The notes under the pieces: model-generated
What the model was told of the DNA's origin: nothing
What the model saw: the letters and a program-made list of their open reading frames with translations, nothing else
The model's database searches: none
Assembly (NCBI GenBank): GCA_963821135.1
Contig: CAWGCR010000003.1
Location: forward strand, 788,959 to 852,958
DNA length: 64,000 bases
DNA from: an uncultured Bacteroidales bacterium
Lineage (GTDB): Bacteria > Bacteroidota > Bacteroidia > Bacteroidales > UBA10428
Direction of reading: 5' to 3'
Shown: one piece after another, positions 58,249-64,000 of the stretch
Layout of the letters: each line of letters begins with the position of its first letter
Numbering within the stretch: the stretch's first letter is position 1
Translations under genes and position numbers: made by a program

Positions 58249-58458
58249 TTTTGGAGGATTTAGGTATGAGATATAAATCTACAGAAATTGGATGAGAAAT
58301 ACTTTTTCTAACAGGGATTGTTGAAAAAAATAATCCTCCTATATACGAGGGAAGGATTGAAAACACAGCGATAAATCACATGTAAGGAAAGATACTTGGA
58401 CAGACTTAAATGTAGTGCAGAGCAATGCTATCAATGTATCTAGCCTGGAATATTACTA

Positions 58459-61251
58459 TTATTCCAGAAAGTCAAACCATAATTTTATATTATTTCCCTG
58501 ATCACCCTTATGCCCATAGTAACCCACTTTTTGTCCCTGGGGTCCCGTATACTCAGCATTCTTAAACTTGGTGCCAATTGCAGGAATTTCCTGTAAGAAC
58601 GAGATATCAGCATCAGGAAAAGAGGGATAGGTACCCCCTTTTACATGTTGAGGTTTTGCGGGAGTATATAATTGAAAATAAAGATTCGGGGTTTCTGTAA
58701 TTATATGTATGGGTGATTCGGAAGTAGTCAGTTCCATCCAGAATAAATTACCGTGATAGCCTTTAAATTCAGGATATACCAGGGAATTAAAACTCTCGCC
58801 GGTAATGGTATTGTTGTATGCCTTGCTCCATAAACCTATGGGATTCCCCCTTGTCCTGTTTTTCCAGATTCGATAGGGACCGGCGCCCATCCAGGTGATG
58901 GATTCACATTTTTCTTCCGGGTAATTAAAGGATATACCAAGGAAATCGATGGGTTCAATGTGTTGTTTGGGTGAGGATGCTTCGAGAAATAATAGTCCCG
59001 AAGAAGATATCTCCCACCTGACTGTATGAGGGTAGGTGTCAAATTCGACAATAAAAATAAATTTCCCTTGTTCGGTTTGTTGCCAGGATGAATTGATCAC
59101 TTTTGCCTCCACACCTGCAACTAAAGCCCCTCCAGTAAGGGAGACTACTCCTGAGGGCGACATTACCTTTGTAAGGTTTCCACTGGCTTTATCAAAAGCG
59201 TATTCCATGCCATTGGCTTTTACTTCAATACAGCCATTATTTTCAAGGACCTCGAGGGAGCCTGTTTTTGCCACTTTCTCCATAACAATTCTCGCGGCAA
59301 TGTCTTGTGGCTGAAGGACATTCCAGCTCCATGTATTCACAGCATTTCCCTGGTGATCAAAAGCAGTCAGGACAAATAAATCGGCCTGCTGTATAGCCTC
59401 TGTACATGGGATATCGATTCTAACTGTTTCATGAGGTTCTGTGTCTGGAAAAGTAAGTTTTCCATTACCGGTTATTGTTACTTTCGCATTTTTACCATAA
59501 GAAATGCGCTGTGTTTCCCATTCCAGGGAACATTCCGAAAGGTCGGTGTAAATAAACTTATTCTCAACAAACAAGTGTCCGTTCCAGTTTCTGTTTATTA
59601 TAATGGGTTTAATTTGAATGGGCGACCAGATTTCCCGAATGGTAAAGTAGCTGCCCTCCTTTTCCCGGTGAGGGCCAACAATACCATCTGGGGCATGGTT
59701 GCCATCGCTGTCGTAAACAGTTCCGGGTTTATCGTTGCGTAATAAGGCTTCATCGGCCAGTACCCATAAAAATCCACCGGCATGCAAGGGAGAATTCTGA
59801 TAACGGTTCCAGAAATCATTTAGTCCGGCACCATGTCCTCCATCGTACAGACCATGTAAAAATTCAGTAGGCATAAAGGGATAAACTCCTGATGACAATC
59901 GGCCTGGGGAAGGATCGTAGCCCGAGTAGTGGTAGGTGTCGGTTCCGTTGTATTGTAACCAGGGATACAACACAGGCCGGTCCTGTATATCGTTCGCATG
60001 AAACCACTGTTCGTTCTCAAATAGCCAGCCTCCTTCGTTCCCGTTGTCCCAGATAACCACACAGGGGTGGTTATGATCGCGAATGACTGCCTCGGGAATT
60101 ACTTTTGATCCAATTTCCAGATCGTAGGCGTCCTGCCATCCGGTTATTTCATTCAGCACAAATAAACCTAAGGAGTCGCAGAGTTCAAGAAATCGTTTGT
60201 CAGGGATATAGTGCGACATACGTACTGCATTCATATTCATACCCTTCATGATTTCAATATCGGTACGGTGATGTTTCTCGGCCAGGCAGCGCCCTGTTTC
60301 CGGCCAGAATGAATGACGGTTAACACCTTTAAAAACCACTTTCTTCCCATTCACATAAAAGCCATCATATTCTCTGAATTCTACCGTTCGAAAACCTATA
60401 CGCTCTGTGATCTCATGCATGATTTCATCACCCCTTGTCAGCCGAACTTTCAGGTCATACAAATGTGGATGTTCGGGATTCCAGCTTTCTATATTTCCAA
60501 ATTGGTATATAAGTTCTGCGCTCATTGCTCCGTTCTCTATTACCAGGATATCTGAAACTTCCATGCTATTTCCCTCCAGGTCAAAGAGTTCGGATTGTAT
60601 ACCAGTTCCATTGATAAACTTGTTTGTCGTAATGCGTGCTGTCAGGGTACCGTCAGCTTTTGGATCGAGAGCAATTCGGTTGATATGAACAGGTGGCAAT
60701 ACTTCGAGAAAAACAGGCCGAAAAATACCTCCAAAAATCCAAAAATCGGCCTGTCTCTCGGCTTTGTTTACCGAAACGTTGGCTGAATGTTTAGCGACAT
60801 CGACTTCCAGTAAATTATTCTGACCGTATTTCAACAACTTCGTAATATCATATTTAAAGCGGTAAAAGGCACCCTGGTGAATCTCACCGGCCAGCTTTCC
60901 GTTAATTTTCACCTCGGTATCGGTCATAGACCCATCAAATACAATATTGATTGTTTTGCCTTTCCACTCATCAGGAATATCAAAATTGTAGCGATACAAG
61001 CCATGTTCTTTTCCCAGTTCCTTCTTGCTCCAGTCATGTCCATAGTTATAGGTGCCAAAACCTTGTAATTCCCAGTTCGATGGGACAGGTATAGTTGTCC
61101 ACTTTCCCGAATTGTTTCCGTCAGTGCAGAAAAACTCCCATTCAACAGTATTTGCAGCATCAGTGCCTGATAAATACATTATCTTTGTAGATTGCGGCCA
61201 TAGTTTAAAGCAGGGAAGTAATGTCAGTAGTACGATGAATAAGATCTTCAT
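58459..61251 (-). CDS. Glycoside hydrolase family 2 (beta-galactosidase-like), secreted
   Basis: The track ORF begins at GTG 61320. The ATG at 61251 gives the signal peptide MKILFIVLLTLLPCFKLWPQ. TIM-barrel block MNAVRMSHYIPDKRFLELCDSLGLFVLNE and acid/base region VIWDNGNEGG. Confidence 0.88.
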   Translation of the reverse strand: MKILFIVLLTLLPCFKLWPQSTKIMYLSGTDAANTVEWEFFCTDGNNSGKWTTIPVPSNWELQGFGTYNYGHDWSKKELGKEHGLYRYNFDIPDEWKGKTINIVFDGSMTDTEVKINGKLAGEIHQGAFYRFKYDITKLLKYGQNNLLEVDVAKHSANVSVNKAERQADFWIFGGIFRPVFLEVLPPVHINRIALDPKADGTLTARITTNKFINGTGIQSELFDLEGNSMEVSDILVIENGAMSAELIYQFGNIESWNPEHPHLYDLKVRLTRGDEIMHEITERIGFRTVEFREYDGFYVNGKKVVFKGVNRHSFWPETGRCLAEKHHRTDIEIMKGMNMNAVRMSHYIPDKRFLELCDSLGLFVLNEITGWQDAYDLEIGSKVIPEAVIRDHNHPCVVIWDNGNEGGWLFENEQWFHANDIQDRPVLYPWLQYNGTDTYHYSGYDPSPGRLSSGVYPFMPTEFLHGLYDGGHGAGLNDFWNRYQNSPLHAGGFLWVLADEALLRNDKPGTVYDSDGNHAPDGIVGPHREKEGSYFTIREIWSPIQIKPIIINRNWNGHLFVENKFIYTDLSECSLEWETQRISYGKNAKVTITGNGKLTFPDTEPHETVRIDIPCTEAIQQADLFVLTAFDHQGNAVNTWSWNVLQPQDIAARIVMEKVAKTGSLEVLENNGCIEVKANGMEYAFDKASGNLTKVMSPSGVVSLTGGALVAGVEAKVINSSWQQTEQGKFIFIVEFDTYPHTVRWEISSSGLLFLEASSPKQHIEPIDFLGISFNYPEEKCESITWMGAGPYRIWKNRTRGNPIGLWSKAYNNTITGESFNSLVYPEFKGYHGNLFWMELTTSESPIHIITETPNLYFQLYTPAKPQHVKGGTYPSFPDADISFLQEIPAIGTKFKNAEYTGPQGQKVGYYGHKGDQGNNIKLWFDFLE

Positions 61252-61366
61252 TTGTTCTTTAATTAAAATTTCACATAACGAAGAAACTAAATAATTCAAT
61301 GATTGCCATCTAATTGACACAAATATCCCTGCTAAGCAATGTTTATTTACTTTCGTTCATGAGCTC

Positions 61367-61461
61367 TCCCGATGTATCGGGATCGGTTTTAACTTCGGAT
61401 CAAGCTACATGTATTGGTAGTTGAAAACTACCTTTTAGATTCGACGTAATTGCAAATTACG
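61367..61461 (+). other. Cluster of three perfect short hairpins in a 0.7-kb non-coding spacer (function unknown)
   Basis: TCCCGA-tgta-TCGGGA (61367-61382). GGTAGTT-gaa-AACTACC (61416-61432), followed by TTTT. CGTAATT-gca-AATTACG (61445-61461). Confidence 0.5.
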
Positions 61462-61946
61462 CCGAGCGATTTAGTGCATAATAAGGCGCGCTGGGAGTAA
61501 TTGAACCAACCGAAAGAAGAAATCTATAATTCTTGTTTTAAGGAAATAAATGTAATTGTATAAATGACCAGGAATAAAAAAGGTGTTCTTCTGTAAGTAA
61601 TTGTTTTTCATAATTATTAGGTTAGGTTAGTTAATTATTTCAAAAGACTTCGTTTTTGTTCAAGCATTCTGATCCGGGAAAATGAAATTTACTACTAATT
61701 AACAGAATCAAGGAGGGAGATATACCTCTCTTTTAGGGTGGGTTTTAATACATGTTAACAGATCAAATACAACTGCAACTATGTGGAATGTAATACCACT
61801 ACCATGTGAAGACACACTTAATAAATGATACTAAGCTTAAACCTGTCTGTCAATCCGTTTAGATTTGATCCATAACTTCTGCAGCCAATACACAATTATT
61901 CGCCTATTCATTATGCCAACAATCCTATTCCTTCTATTTTTGAAAT

Positions 61947-64000
61947 GTGAAAAATCCGGGTTCAGCACTTTGTAAAATAATTTTCTGGTTTTCAGGATTG
62001 GGAGTCTCCTATGCCCTGAGCATACTGCTATTGACTGTTATATTTCCTCTTGAAACCGAAATGGAATATAGTACCATAGTACTCTCGAAGGAAGGAGACC
62101 TACTGCATGCCTATCTTACCAGTGACGATAAATGGCGGATGTATACCGAACTCGACGAAATAACACCCGAGCTAAGAAGAGCAATTGTTTTCAAAGAAGA
62201 CAGGTTCTTTCACTTTCATCCGGGAGTAAATCCGGTATCGGTTTTACGAGCTGCAATGAATAACATAAGGCAACACAAAAGAACATCCGGTGCTTCTACA
62301 ATTACAATGCAGGTGGCCCGTATGATGGAGCCAAAAAAGCGAACGTATAAGAATAAGCTTATTGAAATATTCAGAGCTTTTCAGCTTGAATTGTTTTACA
62401 CAAAAGAAGAGATACTGCAAATGTATCTGAATCGCGTACCCTTTGGAAGTAATATTGAGGGAGTGAAATCAGCATCGGTAATTTATCTTGGTAAAATGCC
62501 AAATCACCTGAGCCTTGCGGAAATAGCCACTTTATCGATTATTCCGAATCGGCCTGTATCATTACAACTTGGAAGAAATAATAAAACTATTGAAGAAGAA
62601 AGAAATAAATGGTTGTTACGGTATCAGAGGGCAAAGCTATTCAACGACACCTTCATTACTGATGCCTTTACCGAACCCTTGAATGCCTATCGAAGGCAAG
62701 TGCCACAGCTGGCTCCTCATTTATCCTATAGGTTGAAAACAGCATATGGAACCAGAAAAATTATTCAGAGCACCCTGAAATCGGAGTTTCAGGATAAGAC
62801 AGAAAAACTGGTTAAGAACTATAGCAACCGGCTCTATTTCCAAAACATTAAAAATGCTGTTGCACTTATAGTTAAAAACGATACCCGCGAAGTGCTGGCC
62901 TATGTGGGTTCCGCCGATTTTGAAAATTCAGAGGATGGAGGTCAGGTTGATGGAGTTCGTGCTGTACGCTCTCCCGGAAGCACATTTAAACCCCTTCTAT
63001 ACGGAATCGCCTTCGACAAGGGGCTTATAACCCCTAAAACCGTTCTTTCTGATGTGCCGGTGAGCTTCTCGGGGTACGAACCAGAAAACTATGATGAAAA
63101 ATTCAATGGAAATATATCGATTACCCAAGCCCTGGCAAGTTCATTAAATGTGCCTGCTGTAAAAATCTTGGCTGATATCTCCCCAGGTGTTATGATCGAC
63201 AGGCTTATTTCAGCACGGTTCCAAACTATTAAATTCCATAGGAACAACCTTGGATTATCGCTAATATTAGGAGGCTGTGGAGTAACACTTGAGGAGCTCA
63301 CCGGACTCTATTGCTCATTTGCCAACCGGGGAGCTTATTCACCCCTTAGATTAAGCAGTAATCCTAACAAACAGGACAGTCTGCAAATTCTAACTCCCTC
63401 TTCGGCATACATAATCACTGAAATACTTACACAGCTCAAGCGCCCCGATTTACCTCTTGCCTGGGATAATAGTCTTCATATGCCCAAGATTGCATGGAAA
63501 ACGGGAACATCCTATGGCAGGCGCGATGCCTGGAGTATTGGCTATAATAAAAATTACACAATTGGAGTTTGGGTGGGAAATTTCTCGGGCGAGGGTGTGC
63601 CTGAGCTTAGCGGTGCCGAGAAAGCAACCCCCCTCCTTTTTCAGTTGTTCAATGCCATTGATTATGACTCGCCGGAAGGCTGGTATAAAATTCCCGATGA
63701 GTTGGATATGCGTTATGTGTGCATGCATACAGGAAAAGTACCTGGTGAATACTGTAATGATCTGATCATAGATTATTTTCTTCCCGGAATCTCGTCAACA
63801 ATTTCCTGCGATCATCTTAAAAAGGTGTTAATCAGTGCGGACAGTACAGTGAGTTATTGTACTTCCTGCTGTCCGGAAGCAGGATACTTTTCAGCTCTGT
63901 ATCCCAACCTGGCTCCCGATATTATTACGTATTTTGAGCAAAACAACATTCATTACCGCATGATACCTGCCCACAATCAGAGCTGTGAGAGGTTATTGAG
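61947..64000 (+). CDS. pbpC: Penicillin-binding protein 1C (bifunctional transglycosylase/transpeptidase), 3' end beyond window
   Basis: Absent from the ORF track (GTG start, no stop in the window). Manual translation: VKNPGSALCKIIFWFSGLGVSYALSILLLTVIF (TM anchor). GT51 block AIVFKEDRFFHFHPGVNPVS..GASTITMQVARMM. Transpeptidase motifs RSPGSTFKPLLY (SxxK) and KTGTSYGRRDAWSIGY (KTG). Confidence 0.88.
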   Translation, partial: MKNPGSALCKIIFWFSGLGVSYALSILLLTVIFPLETEMEYSTIVLSKEGDLLHAYLTSDDKWRMYTELDEITPELRRAIVFKEDRFFHFHPGVNPVSVLRAAMNNIRQHKRTSGASTITMQVARMMEPKKRTYKNKLIEIFRAFQLELFYTKEEILQMYLNRVPFGSNIEGVKSASVIYLGKMPNHLSLAEIATLSIIPNRPVSLQLGRNNKTIEEERNKWLLRYQRAKLFNDTFITDAFTEPLNAYRRQVPQLAPHLSYRLKTAYGTRKIIQSTLKSEFQDKTEKLVKNYSNRLYFQNIKNAVALIVKNDTREVLAYVGSADFENSEDGGQVDGVRAVRSPGSTFKPLLYGIAFDKGLITPKTVLSDVPVSFSGYEPENYDEKFNGNISITQALASSLNVPAVKILADISPGVMIDRLISARFQTIKFHRNNLGLSLILGGCGVTLEELTGLYCSFANRGAYSPLRLSSNPNKQDSLQILTPSSAYIITEILTQLKRPDLPLAWDNSLHMPKIAWKTGTSYGRRDAWSIGYNKNYTIGVWVGNFSGEGVPELSGAEKATPLLFQLFNAIDYDSPEGWYKIPDELDMRYVCMHTGKVPGEYCNDLIIDYFLPGISSTISCDHLKKVLISADSTVSYCTSCCPEAGYFSALYPNLAPDIITYFEQNNIHYRMIPAHNQSCERLL

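Noticed and set aside
61436-61470. AGATTCGACGTAATTGC.., resembling the GGAUUCGACG segment near the 5' end of tmRNA
   Set aside because: There is no GGGG 5' acceptor start, no tag-peptide reading frame and no T-arm/CCA-proximal 3' end nearby. It is likely a chance match within the hairpin cluster.
1-64000. Whether any part of the window is a mobile element, prophage, CRISPR locus or known defence island
   Set aside because: I found no integrase, transposase, recombinase, phage structural gene, tRNA attachment site, repeat-spacer array or recognisable defence gene family in any frame. The window looks like chromosomal backbone with accessory secreted-protein and metabolic modules.

Overview
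This 64-kb window is gene-dense and moderately AT-rich by eye, with most genes on the minus strand. All calls come from reading the six-frame translations and the DNA by eye; no searches or computations were run, and motif coordinates were hand-counted.

Taxonomy: the content points to a Bacteroidota chromosome.
- Three cargo proteins carry type IX secretion (T9SS) C-terminal sorting domains, two of type A and one of type B.
- There is a PorP/SprF gene, and many lipoproteins have lipobox signals.
- There is a BlaI/BlaR1-TonB pair.
- Exact TAnnTTTG -7 promoter boxes sit 15-35 nt upstream of several start codons.

Gene content: I call 47 protein-coding loci.
- Two are partial genes that the ORF track misses because they run off the window: a tandem-SBP sensor at 1-1420 (minus) and pbpC at 61947-64000 (plus).
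- One is a truncated GH2 remnant, and one sensor kinase appears split by a frame change.
- Confidently recognised genes are pyrK-pyrD, dgoD, fhs, pbpC, a thioester-containing alpha-2-macroglobulin and a GH2 glycosidase.
- I saw no rRNA, tRNA, CRISPR array, transposase, integrase or recognisable phage or defence gene, so I cannot point to a clear-cut new defence or mobile system.

Candidates for undescribed biology, all hypotheses, in my order of preference:
1. A rhodanese-saturated sulfur-trafficking neighbourhood (21.9-28.5 kb). It is built around a split YeeE/YedE channel, two membrane-anchored rhodanese-like proteins with Ser in place of the catalytic Cys, exported rhodanese lipoproteins and its own two-component system. 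No TusA/YeeD partner is visible.
2. An unassigned sugar-activation cassette (10.1-14.6 kb). It has a fucokinase-like GHMP kinase fused to a HIGH-motif nucleotidyltransferase, a second nucleotidyltransferase, an extended NDP-sugar dehydrogenase and a DMT permease.
3. A divergent 300-aa thymidylate-synthase-fold protein directly downstream of fhs.
4. A membrane-anchored reductive-dehalogenase-like protein next to a decayed GH2 gene.
5. An alpha-2-macroglobulin / GH2 / pbpC arrangement with a hairpin-rich 0.7-kb spacer.

Smaller sequence-level observations are two probable frame disruptions at homopolymers, a triple dyad operator upstream of blaI, and a 75-bp palindromic element in a divergent promoter region.
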